DNA of 64,000 bases. Origin: Camelus dromedarius. Its lineage: Eukaryota. The translations under genes and the position numbers were made by a program. The stretch lies in NCBI RefSeq assembly GCF_036321535.1, contig NC_087436.1, positions 86,554,001 to 86,618,000 on the forward strand, given 5' to 3'. Positions 13,530 to 26,237 of the stretch are shown piece by piece (positions within the stretch are counted from its first letter, which is position 1; each line of letters starts with the position of its first letter). The notes below the pieces were generated by a model that was not told where the DNA came from, ran no database searches, and was given only the letters and a program-made list of their open reading frames with translations.

Positions 13530-14769
13530 CTTGGGCAGGACTTCTTAACAACATGAAGCCTTTAAATGAGAAGAAACAAGCTGACCTTCCTCCTTCATGC
13601 AACTGCACAGGTACCTGGCAATTTCCACCTTGTGCTTGAATCCTTTGTCTTGAACTCTGCTTCTCTATTGATTATGATTTCTCAAAACATAGACTCTTTT
13701 TATCCTTGACAATGACTAGCATGTTAACAGTGTGTAATAAATTTTTTGAATAAGTGAATACTGAATGTCTAGATTGTAGTATTACTGTGAAAATTCTATG
13801 TAATAAAGCTAGTTCCTTTCCCAAAGCCTACAGGCCTAGACTCCTGGGAAAAGGAAGGGGTACTTCTAAGATGTAACCTAACGATGGGAATTCCTTCCAT
13901 CCCTCATTCCTCTCCTTGTCTTACAGTCATCTTTAGTTCTTTTAACTCATGTTTCCGGAAGGCTATTTCCTCCCAGGCACGGGGCTAAGCCCTGAAGGTC
14001 TATGAAAGTCATGTCTAGGGAAAAGACCGTCTTTAAAAAATTACCATCACTACAGTGACTGCTGTAGTAGAGCATGCCCAGCGCCCAGCGCCAGCCAGTG
14101 TCTGCCTGGGGAATTCAGGGGAGGTTCTATAAAGCAGGTGACGTTTGAGCTGAGCCCAGAAGATGGAGCAGGAGTTTCCCAGGCTGAGGGCGGAGAAATA
14201 GCTGAGTCTCAGGTCTGCCAGTAACCAGCTGAGCATGTTGGACAAGTTACTCGACCGCTGGGAGACTCAGGTTCTTCATCTGCTGAGTAGAGTTAGCTGG
14301 TGGAGTTTCTGCCAGGATCCTGTAAGAGAACATATAAAAGTGCAAAACATCAATCCGGCGATGGTAAACGGCCACAAACTGTCAGGATGGTGCTACACGG
14401 GCAAGAGCCCAGCAGCGAGAGACCCTGGTTGTTATGGGAACCACACTCAGGTTGGGGAGGGGTACCCAAGGGGGACTCCAGTAGACAGTGCCTCTCCCAC
14501 CTAAGTTTGGGATAATTGGAGAAAAATTCAAAAAAGTAATTATGAAGGTCAAAAGATCACCTTGTAAATGGTAATGGCTAAACTGGAGAACAAGGACTGG
14601 AATGAGAAAAACAGCTTGAAGGCACCCAGCCCAGGCAGATCTGGACTTGGCGGCATCTCAGACAGACCCTGCCCGGGGAAGACCCAGCACACGGAGCAGC
14701 AGAGGAGAACTCACCCCCAAGACGGAAAGATGAGGGGCGAAGGTGAGCTTACCTGATGTTCCTTCCCAC

Positions 14770-15551
14770 TGTTACCCCAGAAGGTAAAGACCCCAGTTCT
14801 TTTCATACCCGAAAGATAAGTTTACAGTCCAGAGATGGTGCATTGTGTAGTAAAAGATTTTAAAAGGTTTTTTTTTTTTAACATTTTTTATTGATTTATA
14901 ATCATTTTACAATGTTGTGTCAAATTCCAGTGTTCAGCACAATTTTTCAGTCATTCATGGACATATACACACTCATTGTCACATTTTTTTCTCTGTGAGT
15001 TATCATAACATTTTGTGTATATTTCCCTATGCTATACAGTGTAATCTTGTTTATCTATTCTACAATTTTGAAATCCCAGTCTATCCCTTCCCACCCTCCA
15101 CCCCCCTAAAAGGTTTATTTAAAAAAGGAAAACTACACCTCCAAGAACGGAAGGCGGGCTGCTCCAAGGGAGGAACAGCGGCCGTCTTGGTCTCCCCTTA
15201 CTCCTGCACCCTCATTCAGAGGTGGTCTCTTGATTGGTGACGGCTCGTGTCCCTGGAGTGCGTAGTCATGTTTGGCCCCTTTGCGCATGTCCTTACCCAT
15301 GGTGCACACAGAAAAACCCCTGGGGTCAGGGAGCTAAACTGCAATGTTAATTATAATACAGCGAGCATTGGGTTGTGTCCAGTTAAGTCTTTCCTGCTAC
15401 CACACAGTTGTGGCTATCAGGTTCTAATGGGTTTCTTGCTGGCACTCATTTAGAGGAAGTCCCTTTATGCTGGATGTGGGCATAACATCTTCTGGACCAT
15501 CCTCCCTCTCCTCCACCTCTCTGCCCAGTGCCCCCACTTACCTACCTAACA
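14770..15551 (-). mobile_element. Solo ERV LTR (ERV1-like) interrupted by L1
   Basis: Termini TGTTA...TAACA and 4-bp TSD CCAC/CCAT. Minus-strand AATAAA near 15114-15119 and CCAAT near 15233-15237. CpGs are retained. Confidence 0.75.
14871..15106 (-). mobile_element. Young L1 3' end nested in the LTR
   Basis: Clean poly-T plus L1 3' UTR. TSD TAAAAGGTTT at 14861-14870 and 15107-15116. Confidence 0.88.
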
Positions 15552-15689
15552 CCATCTTTGCAGTGAGGGACTCGCAGGGACAGAGTGACTGAAGGATGCT
15601 GCATGGTCGGAGTTTGCTTTGGAAACCACTTTCCGTTGAAAATGAGGTGGAGGGAAGTCCTTTCTAACACAGTGTTATGAGGGCATGGG

Positions 15690-16330
15690 GGCTGGGGAGT
15701 GGCTAGTATTCTGTGGATAGAAAGGATATGGAGATGTTGATGAGGTTTGATAGGCAGGTAGGGGCCAGGTCATGAAAAGCCTCGCGCGCCAGGCAGGGCA
15801 AATGAACTGAAGGTGTGATGGCTGCAGAGAGCAAAGGAAGAGGCGCAGACCAGGACTGCCGAGGAGACTAACAAGTGCAGCTGGCATTGCCTGGCATATG
15901 TACACAGTGGCACCAACCCTTGTGCTTAGAGGAAGAGAGAAGGCTGGCGCCCTGGTTCTTCTAGGCCACTAGAAAGTTGAGGATGCTGGCAAGGAAGTGG
16001 AATCTGGGCCAGATAGGCTTGAAGCGAACACAGTAGGGAACAAATATTCTTGGGCAGCCTCCAATAGTCAAGAACCAGGGGTCACAATTAATTCAGAGAA
16101 GGCAAAGTTTGAGTAGAGTGAAAAATCTGAATGGTTAAGAGAATACAGGTGACAGTAGTATTTTCAGATTTTTTTTTGAAATGGAAGATTTTTAGATGAT
16201 AAGAAGTTCCAGGGGTTGGCCCTGAGAATGGTTAACTCAAGAGGAGTAGAGGCAAAAGTCCTCACAGTTAAGAAGGTCAAAGATACTGGAGGGGTCATCT
16301 ACAAAGTCATGGAAGCCCCCAGGTTGAGGC
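15690..16330 (-). mobile_element. L2 remnants
   Basis: gatgaggtttgataggcaggtaggggccaggtcatgaaaagcctcg is L2-like, purine-rich and decayed. Confidence 0.5.
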
Positions 16331-17556
16331 CAAAGTTCAGAAGGAGAGGAGACATTTTACACCTTTGGTATATGGTTTCAGGGCAATTATAGTAGCTGTA
16401 CATGATGGAACGAGGAAAGAAACAGAGATAGGACAACCTTCAAAATAGTAACAACCATCACCAAAAAATCAAATAACCAACCTGGTTTATGCAAGGATGG
16501 AGTCAGATATTTACAGTTGTGAAACACAGGCCTTGTTTGACAATTATAAAGACAGTAACAATGAGGTCTTTTTTTTCTTTTTTTCCTACTAAAGAAGAGT
16601 GTGCTGGCCACAGATCTGTGTAGGAAACCTTCACAAAATGCGTGCCATCTTTAATGACTGCCAGAAGCACGTAACCCAGAGAAGTGTCTGCTCTCTAACT
16701 GTAGATCCATAGAATATCCTAGAAGCTCATCTGCAAACCAGACAACACACAGGCTGTGAGTTTGTCAGGGAGATGCAATCTCTTCCACATACACAGAACC
16801 AGATGTCCTCTATCTCAAGTGCTGATATTTGTGGTTATTTCTGTTATTTTCCATAATTGCCCTTCTGGGTTCTGCTTACTAGCACCATGCTAAGCACTCG
16901 TAATTAGCCAGTGAAAGATTTGTAACTAAGCTAATTAAAGGGGAAAAAAAATAACTGTGGCCAACCTGATGGAATGTGTACAGCAATTCCATCTCACAAT
17001 GCTAAATACTTTCCGCTAAAGAGATGCCTTTTATTAAAATCAGATGGAATATGTTCACTTTTGTTGTGGCATTCGGTCATATGAGACAACTCTACCAATA
17101 TGCTTTTAAAAAAGGGGAAGCAAACAGGGGCAAAGTAATTCCGACGAGTCCCGGGGTACTTACGGTCTTAGCAATGGTTCATTGCCAAGAAGAATCCTTG
17201 AGAATGCCAACCTTCATTGTGGTGATCTAGAAGGAAAGAGCTTTGAAAACAGACCTCCTTTTCCCCTCTAGATTTTCCTGTCAAGATGCATAAAAGAATT
17301 CAGACGAATCAAAAAGCCCAAGTGAGCTGGCTGGTTAACTAGGACAGGCCCAGCCTTGAGTTCAGAGAACTTTCTCTAATGCGTTCCACCTGTCTCTCCA
17401 AAGAACAGAGTTTACAGGATACATTGACTGCAAAGGAAGCTTGCTTCTAAACAGTAAGATGATCATATGGTAGCTGAAATGGCATATCATGGAAGTTTAA
17501 CTCAACACTGAAAATATTGTCACTCTTAATAAATTACCCATGCCCAGGATACTGGA

Positions 17557-17658
17557 TTTCTTTCTCTTTCTCCTTCCTCCCCTCTTTCTTTCTTCCTTCC
17601 CTCCTTTCCCTTCCTTCCTTCCTTCCATCCCTCCCTCCTTCCTTCCTTCCTTCCTTCT
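17557..17658. repeat. (TTCC)n/(CCCT)n polypyrimidine microsatellite
   Basis: Direct reading. Confidence 0.9.
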
Positions 17659-18679
17659 TGTTTACTCATAAGAAGAGAAGTAGCCAGCAGTGATGGGAAG
17701 ACCATTACCCATCCAAACTTAGTATAGGATGAGTCCTCTTCAGTCCAGCGGGGTGAACATTTCATTGCTGTGTCTTCCCCCTCCTCCCCCACTACACACC
17801 TTCCTCCCCAGCTCACACAGGCTGTGATCATCCCTGCCTCCATCTGCTTGTCCTGCCTGCATATGATTGCCTTTATCAACTATATCTCCAAATCCTTCAA
17901 GGTCCCATTCATGTTCCATTCTCCATGAAATCTTGCCTAATGACACCAGCCAACAGCAATCTTTTCCTTTCCTGATTACCCCTCCCACTTACTTTCAAAC
18001 CAGGAATAGAAATTGCTGCTGTGCTTGAACTTGTGTCTTGAAGATTCCAAGGTTATGTCTGAGCTCCAGGGCACCACAGCCTTCTAGCAATGACAATGAG
18101 AACAGTATGGGAGGGGGGAATGGAGCAGTGTGTGTCTAGTATTTACCAACCCTGGTCTAAAGCAGCTAAAGCAGTAGTTTGTATGGAACTTAATTTTACA
18201 CTGTCTCATATTATCCAATTATATGTCGTTCTATGTTCTTATGGCCCTTCTCATAGATTTTTTCAGATTTTAAAGGGATAGACTGCTAAAGCTATAGAGA
18301 GAAATAATCATAAAAGATAGCACAGACAGTTAGAACTGACCATTCTGGAGGGGTCCCTCAAGTTGGCCTTCCCTTCTTTGGGATCTATCAAAAAGATGAT
18401 TTCATGAATGCCTCCAGGAGTGATGGATTTCTTGGTGTGTTTTCTCATCAATATATGTATAAGTGTATCCATATGTATATATGTTCTATACCTACATAGT
18501 GTATAAATCAGATTACTAATTCATTTACAATTGGAGACATTCCTTCCCAGGGCTACTTCTACAGGCGTTTCCTTCTGAATAGAGAGATAAGAAGTTTGAT
18601 TAGTGTCCAGGAAGTTGCCCAGGGAGCATGAAGTCAGAACTTTTCCCCCTTTTTCCCCAGAGGTTGAAACTGCCCAGGC

Positions 18680-18860
18680 CCTGCCACTTACTGGCTGTGC
18701 TGTCCTTAAGCAAGTAGTCAGCCTCTCTGTGCCTTGGTTTCCCAGCTGTATATCCAAATAGACGAGAACCGGACTTATACAGCTTTTGTAAAAAGTGCTT
18801 GCAATAATTAGCACCAGCTAAGCACCTATTTGGTGTTGGGTTTTTTTAATGTTATTATAT
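18680..18860 (+). mobile_element. MIR SINE
   Basis: ccacttactggctgtgctgtccttaagcaagtagtcagcctctctgtgccttggtttcccagctgta. Confidence 0.75.
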
Positions 18861-19179
18861 CTATCTTTGCACTGGTACTTTAGAAGTAGTATTTCCATAA
18901 TAATGCAACAGCTCTCAGGGAGTAATGAAGCCCGTATTCATTTTTTTAAACTTTAAAGATGATTGTAAATCCAGGAATCCTTAGTCGAATGGCCTACTGT
19001 ATCAAAAACATCTAATGTTTTCTTTTCTTTTATACACCGTTCCTGGGAGTGAGCTCCACTCCTGGGTGAACTTTTGTTCTCAGTTTTTACTCATCAAACC
19101 AGAGGAGCAGAAAGCTGCAAGTCTGTGAAAATAGCAAGTGAAGCCCTGTAGCCTCCAGGGCTTTGGGTAAAGCTTTCTG

Positions 19180-19500
19180 CGTTGTCACTTCCTGCAAATT
19201 CTCTTCCCGAGAAGCCGCATTACTCTCCTCCCCTCCCCCGCCGCCGCTGTGACCCGAGGTCCGCACTCCCCCTCCCGGGTGGGACCTGCTGCCCTTCAAA
19301 GGTGACTGACACACTCGGGCAGGCAGGCCGCCACGACCGCCGGAGGCAGGCTTTCTAGGCGATTCATCGGGCTGGCGGCTCGCCGTGCCCCTCCTCCGGT
19401 CCCTGTCCCGGGGACACCCAGTCCCGTGCAGGAAAAGCCTTTGTTTCGCCGATGTTTCTGAATTGAGTATAAGCTGGTGGGCTGTACTTATTCTTGCAAC
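19180..19500. promoter_or_regulatory. CpG-rich promoter-like element
   Basis: Dense CpGs (ccccgccgccgc, gccgccacgaccgccgg) against a CpG-poor background. ETS-type CACTTCCTG at 19186-19194. Confidence 0.6.
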
Positions 19501-20907
19501 ACCCGCAAGTAAAAGGTTTTGCTGCCTTTACCTTTTGTTTTCATTGTTAATTATAAAGGAGTAGCCACACCCAGCATCGTTTCTATTGGGTAGAAACGTG
19601 AGTGGGGATTTTTTTTTTTTTAAGCTTCCAGCTCTCTCCAAAGTGCACCCAGTTCCCAGGTGGGAAAGGTAGTCTAGAGCAGTCCTGGGCGGCTGCGGAG
19701 AGGAGCCAGATCTTTTGCCAGTGAAGAATCCAGAACCCGCCCTGCACCCCAGCCCTTGACTAGAATTTCTCCTCCTTCCCTCCCCGGTTGTTTTACAAGG
19801 TATTGAATGACTGGAGGCACCCAGTCAGTGTCGAGGCCAAGGGAACGAATCAGGACCTTCCTCCTCCCATCCTTGACCTCCCCTCCTCCTCCCTCTCCCT
19901 CTCCCCCTCCCCCTCCTTTTCCCCTCCTATTTATCCTTCCTCCACCCCTCCCGAAGCCACACCACCAACCAACCTACCAACCAACCCATTCAAAAACCTC
20001 CTAAGAAGTCCAGTCTTAGAACGTGTGGAACCAAAGCATTACCAGTCACAAGAGAAGAGGGAGACGGAGTAAGGGGGAAAATAGGAATTTCAACATTTCT
20101 TTTTCTTCCATCTACTAAAATATAGTAGATCTTTCTGAGCAAGCAGGCCATCTTCTTGGGAGGGGGAGCCCACGATTTCCCCAAGTAGCACATTCCAGAG
20201 AGTGAGTAAAGTGTCCAGAGATGCTGGACTGGGGGACCCCAGAAATGCAGGACGCTTAAATACAATGATGGGAGCTGTTTACAATCCTCTGAAAGATGCC
20301 AGAGGGTTTAACAGTCAGTCGTCACAGTCATAGCTCACAGCTGCCGCTGCGTACGGGCTGGGTTGCAGCTCTCCTGTCGTTTCCTGTTGGCAAAACTGCA
20401 GCAACACAATGACTTGCCCAGGGTCACGCACCAAGCTGGGGAAAGAAATAATCCTGACTCCTCCTTCCTGGCCCTACCCAGCCAGCAATGCCACCTTATT
20501 ACTGTACTAGCATTCGAATCTGAATCATGTAAATTGCTCCTAATTGCAGGCCTGCAGTGAACTGTAACTGCCGTGTGACACCCCCGGGCCAGGTGGGAGT
20601 GACTGAAGTTTCACAAACTCCTGAGTATGGGGTGAAATGCTGGGACAGGATGAGGCTAAGGAAAATGTGTTTGAAAACTTGACTCTGAAATTGCTGACAG
20701 GCACCATATTTCGATTTTTTTAAAAGGAGTTTGAAATACCATCTCTTATTTATTATATTGGAACAGAGACACACACTTGGGATTCAAAGGGATGCCGTTC
20801 AGAAAGGCATTTGGGGATAAATCTCAGATCTTTTCCAAGCAGTCAGTCTTCACACACTTCCTTTTTATGCTCATTACACAACCGTCTGTTTTTGTGTTTA
20901 TACTTCC

Positions 20908-21260
20908 TATGTTGTCACTTATATGTGGAATCTAAAAGATAAAACAAATGAATGTATATAACAAAACTGAAACAGCCTCATAGAGGATAAACTAGTGTTT
21001 ACCAGTGGGGAGAGGGGAGGGGAGAGGGACAAGATAAGGGTAGAGGATTAAGAGAAACACACTACTATGTGTAAAATAAAATAAGCAACAAAGATACATT
21101 GTACAGAACAGGGAAATATAGTCATTTTTTGTAATAACTTTAAATGAAATATAATCTATAAAAATATTGGACCATTATGTTGTACACCTGAAACTAATAT
21201 AATATTGTAAATCAACTTTACTTCAATTAAAAAATAGAGTTTTAAAATGAAAAAAATAAA
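20908..21260 (+). mobile_element. L1 3' end
   Basis: cacttatatgtggaatctaaaa...tgtacacctgaaactaatataatattgtaaatcaact...tcaattaaaaaa. Confidence 0.85.
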
Positions 21261-21289
21261 GAAACTATCTTTTTAACTCTTTTGTAGGC

Positions 21290-21734
21290 AGTTAGTAGGA
21301 GCGGGTGGGAGGAGGGGGCTGTGGACGCAACCAGGCATATACATTCAGATCTGTCCACGGGGCTGGACACGTGCTGCGCTCGGGAAAGTAAGTAAATTCC
21401 ATCCAGCAATTTGCTCTAACTGATTCATTTTTCCACACAGAGACGCCACCTACCTGCTCGCAGGTATTCAGGTAAATGACAGGTGGGCGGGACCTACTGG
21501 CTGTTTCAATAGCTAAGGTCCCAGTAATGTTTTATCTGTCGAGGCGCCCGTGATGTCACACATTTCCTGCTCTCCACCGACCAATGCCCTCCTCCTTCCT
21601 CTAGGCACCTGTTCGCCGAGGTGGAGGCTGGTCACTGCTCCTCGGGTGGCCCGAGGAGCTGCTGGATTCACCCACAAGGCGGGAGAGCTGCTGGGTTGCT
21701 GCTGCTTTGAGAGCCCCAGGCAACACTTGGGAAG
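21290..21734 (+). promoter_or_regulatory. LNX1: Probable LNX1 p80 promoter and non-coding first exon
   Basis: CpG-enriched, with E-box CACGTG 21368-21373, GC box GGGCGGG near 21485, CRE-like TGATGTCA 21551-21558, CCAAT 21581-21585 and a strong donor AAG|GTGAGC at 21734/21735. The RING exon has an acceptor, so an upstream exon is required. Confidence 0.6.
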
Positions 21735-24654
21735 GTGAGCCGAAATCCTCCATTTTTCTCTCTGGGCATTTAGACCGCTGGCTCCTGACGGATCTGAACG
21801 AGGAATTTGAGTGAAAAATATAAGCCAAATGACTGAGCCCTGGGTGTTTTTCCCAGAGGGAGAAGCCCTTTTGAAAGGAAAGAGATGCTTTTGACATTTT
21901 GGTTGCACAGGAAAGTTCTCCCAGGCCAGATAGTTAATCCTTTTTGTTTCTCTTAATCATTAATCCAGCCTCTGCTTGTCTGGGAAGTTGAACTGATTAT
22001 TATTATTTTTTTAACCCTGAAATGGAGTGGAGTGGAAACTTTTTGAAACTTAAAGATGCAGACCTGCTCAGCCCGTGTAATGGGGGTGAGGAGACCGACT
22101 GAAATCAGACTTGCCTTATTTGCCTTATTTTGCCTTATTTTCTATGTTCATCTCACCAGAGGCAATTTCTATCTAAACCTGTAAGACAACTTTAATTTTT
22201 TTTTTTCCTGAAAGTCTCTTCCTCCAACAGGTAAATTCTGTTGCCCTTACTCTGAAGCCCTCCACTCCAGCGTTCCTCCTTCTTTCAGAAAGTCTACTGT
22301 TTTCTTTGTTCTTTGTCGAACATTCTTTTTAAAACTACTTGGCGGTCTGGATGAGAATTGTTTGCATTCAGACCTGGAGAGCCTGCCTGCTGACCTTGGG
22401 TTAAAGTAAAGACTATTTCCTCAATGTTTACAAGAGTGTAAGCTCAGGTCTGATTTGTAATTGTTTTTGAACTCTTCCATTTTTTTCTCTTTTGCTTTTC
22501 ATAGCAGATATACCAGGGAGATTGTTCTGCCAGGACCTTTTTTTTTTCTTTTTAAGTAATTTTACCTCTAGGATCCATTTTTGTTTTCTTAATCCTGACC
22601 ACGCAGCTGGTTACTACTTCTGTTCTCGACCACCCAATAGCCACACTCTCCATCCAATACTGTCGCTCCAAACCCAGTTCCCCACTGGGATGAGCTGGAA
22701 AACTGGGGGAGAAAAAAATCAACCGGTGTGGGAGACGTTGCATTCTGGATGCCTTCATGGGCTATTTTTCTGAGATTTCAGTTTGCAAGGGAATCTGTTA
22801 GGAATATTCGTATCCTAGGAATATTCATCTCCATCCACCCAGAAATTCTAAGTGCATGTCAGTTCCCCAAAAGTATAAATTGAAATAAGCTGACATTTTT
22901 GTGTCCGACAGTTGCTTCTCCCCGACTGAGACTCTGCCCTCTACTTGTTACCAGTCTCTCTTGCTCCTCAGAGGCTGAGGTTGCTCTTCACCTGACCTTT
23001 GCGTCTGTTCTTTCCCCCAGCGGTGTGTTTGGGTGGTGGCTGCTGTTTGTCCTCTACTAGTGTGCTCACTTGATTCAGAGTTTTGTCAGCAGAGGAGAGA
23101 AAAATATCTCTGAGATCCTGAATCTTCCGGATAAAACTGTGTCTTTAAAGGCACAAACCTCTCCGCAAGATTGCCTTCCCTCTGGTTGACTGTGGTTCAT
23201 TAATTCTTTGCATAGAACTTAATGTATGATTAAACCAATCATTTCATCACTGTATGTCGGGGTCCCTGGGTATTAAAGGAACAAAGCTGTGGACTCTTCA
23301 CCCCCAGATGTAAGAAAGGGAAAAAAATTACAGAGACTGGAACTCAGAGTCAGGTCATCTAGAATGCAGTTGATCTCTTGGATAATGCGTATCGGATGGA
23401 GAGCGTCAAAACGGCCCAACTGAATAGTGAGTTTTATCCAAAGGGGTGAAAAGACCTACAGTGGTTCCCTTCCTGTAGTAACTCCTTTCCTTGATTAAGT
23501 GGCAATAAGGCCTAACTGGGAAATGTACAGTCTCTCCCATTTAGTTACTTTATTATTTCTCTGACCTTCAGTTTCTTTATCAGTAAAGTGAGAGATAATA
23601 TCCCTACAATATAAAGCGGTCCTGAGAAGTACATGGGGTAACATATATGGAGCATCGAGTGACATGTCTGGTGCTAAGTGAGCCATCCTTCTTGAAGGCA
23701 TTATCCTGGGCTGCTAGGAGGAGATGGTCTGACCCTTCTGAGATAAAAGGTTGCAATTGTTAGGAACCCTGATAGTTCTTGTTACGGTTATTGCTTGTAA
23801 GTAATTAACGCCAATGTTCACAGTTCAGAGAAAGGAAACAGGCAGGAGGCAGGAGAAGGGTTAAACTGTGTCATTAAACAGGCCAGGCAGATTGGTCTCT
23901 GCCAGTCTTCCAGGAGTGTTTAGCAGCTGCTGGCCACTGCTGTTACTCTCATCCCACAACAGACCCACAAAACGTGGTCCTCCGCGGGCCTTCGGGCGAA
24001 ATGTTCTGTTGCTATTTGCTGTAATCTGACTTGGCAGGCAGCCCTTTCTGCTTTCCATTGTGCTATCTCCAGGGCAGACTGGTGCTTGGTCTCCTCCAAT
24101 CTTGCAGATAAACACCCTTCACCGCAGCCTGGTGAGCTGGCAGGCCAAGTTCCTGGGAGAAGGAGGCTGCCAGTTTGGAGTCTGCCCTGTACTGAGGAAG
24201 GGAGACTTGTGCGTCCTTTGGCTATGATTGTCTCCCTAATGGACTGTCCTATGCCCTTTGATGACCTTGAGCCATTGCATGAGAGCAGGTGTGTTTCCAG
24301 GGCCCTGGGACCTTCTCCAGGTCTCAGCCCATCCTGAAAAGATAAGGCATCTTTTCATCATTTACAAACAATGTAACAGCCTAGTGGATTGAGGCCAGGG
24401 GTTCATAACCTTGAACCGACTACTAGCTTGCTTAGGGGAACCCAGGGAAGCACCTCAACCTCCCTGTCCATCAGTTTCCATGTTTACCTTTTCCCTGCAA
24501 AGGGATGCTGACATGGTGTACTTCACACCTCCGTGGGTCCTGTAACAGAAGCTAGATGCACATCAGGTTGACTGCAGGGAAGTGGGCAATGCCTCACTTG
24601 GAAATATTAGCCTTATTTATTTAATTCTAGATGGAATGGTGCTGCTGCTTTAAA

Positions 24655-25080
24655 ATAGTGGTGTGGTCTCTGCCACCAGAATCCCTGGGTTTAAAACCCA
24701 TCTCCACCTTGTATGAGCTGTGTGACCTGGGCTGGGTTATTTAACCTCACTTTACCTCAGCTGTAAAATAGGCTTATTGTGAAGTTGAAATGGGTTGAAA
24801 TGTATAAAGTGCTTACAGTAGCCCCTGGCACAGTGCCAGCTATCATTCGTATTATTTTCTTGAAAAGAAGGCATAGTGGGTAGAATCAGTCAGATCTGGG
24901 TCTGAGATCCAGTTCCACCATGCAATTGCCAAGCTAAATAAGTAAGTTAATATCTCCTTGTCTTGGTTTCATCATCTGGAAAACGGAATATTCACAAAAA
25001 CCAGTGCTGTTGTGAGGAATAACTGAATGGTTTCATGTAAAGTGCCTGTATATAGTAAGTGCTCTATAAATGGTAAGTCT
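24655..25080 (+). mobile_element. Two adjacent MIR SINEs
   Basis: Two MIR cores: agctgtgtgacctgggc...ctgtaaaatagg and catctggaaaacgg...gttgtgaggaataa. Confidence 0.7.
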
Positions 25081-26237
25081 TGTGTTACTATAGGAAACAA
25101 TCATTATAATGGGGACAGCTAGACTTCTTAGGTCACGTTGAAGTTTGGATATAATAATGATAGAAACAGTAGTAATTTGAGGGCCAAAAAGTCTCTGAGG
25201 AAAACGGGTTTCCCAAAAGGCCCCCAAAGGCTCAGAAGGAAAACCTGGTAACAGGAATGATCTTGGAGTTCCAGGGGAGTGTAGCTGCCAGTTGAAATAC
25301 CTGGTCCTTGGCAGAACTGTGAGCAGCAGGATTCTATGATGTAAGTAACCAGTGGGTTTTCCTGGAGCAGGGATTCCTGGCTTCCTGGCTTCCAGTAGTG
25401 TCTCCTTTTTAGATTTGAATTCCTCACTTAAAGTAGAGAAAACAGTTTGCTAGGATTCTGACTACTTAAAAGGCCATTTAAGATGCTGCCAAGAGGGATC
25501 GGATGAAGGCGGCTCTAAAATGTGTCCTCCTCAGTGCCTTGCTATTCATGGACTTCCTGGTGGTACCCAACTATTCCTGATATTTATGTGCTGGCATCAT
25601 GTAGACTCAATTTTATGTGGGTGGCAACTTGATTGTCCTCTGACAGTACCTCCAAAGTATCAAGGGCTTTTCATAACCATATGAAAGGAAGACTACATCA
25701 CTCTTTCTGGGTTAATGGGATTTAACTGTCTATCCTCCCTAAAGACTAAAGATTTACATGAAAACTGTACAAATTGCTAAGCACAAAAACTGCACTGAGC
25801 TGAAATCAGAAACAGAAAATGTTGGTTGTCCCCTATTAACTTCTTCCTGTCACCATTTCCTCTTATCTCGTTTTGTTCTAAGGGACACGTAGACACCACA
25901 GTGGCCTTGCTTAGTTACCCAGAGATCTATTTCAGATCAATAGAAGGAAGAAATTTCTAAGAAATAGAATTGTCCAAAAGTCCAGTAGGTTGCCTTTTGG
26001 GGCACTGAGTTCCCTGTCACTGAAGGTGATTGTTTTGATATATTTGGTATCCAGTACCTATTCACTAAATGAATGAATGCATGAGTGAGGGAATGAATGA
26101 ATGCCAAAGAAGACTTGAGGGGTTTTTTAGTAGCACATGCCACTCATTTATAAAATAAAGATTATATCACTGATCTCATAAGATCATTCTTAAGATTAAA
26201 TGAGAAAATATATGGAAAGAATCCAGCATAGTATCTT

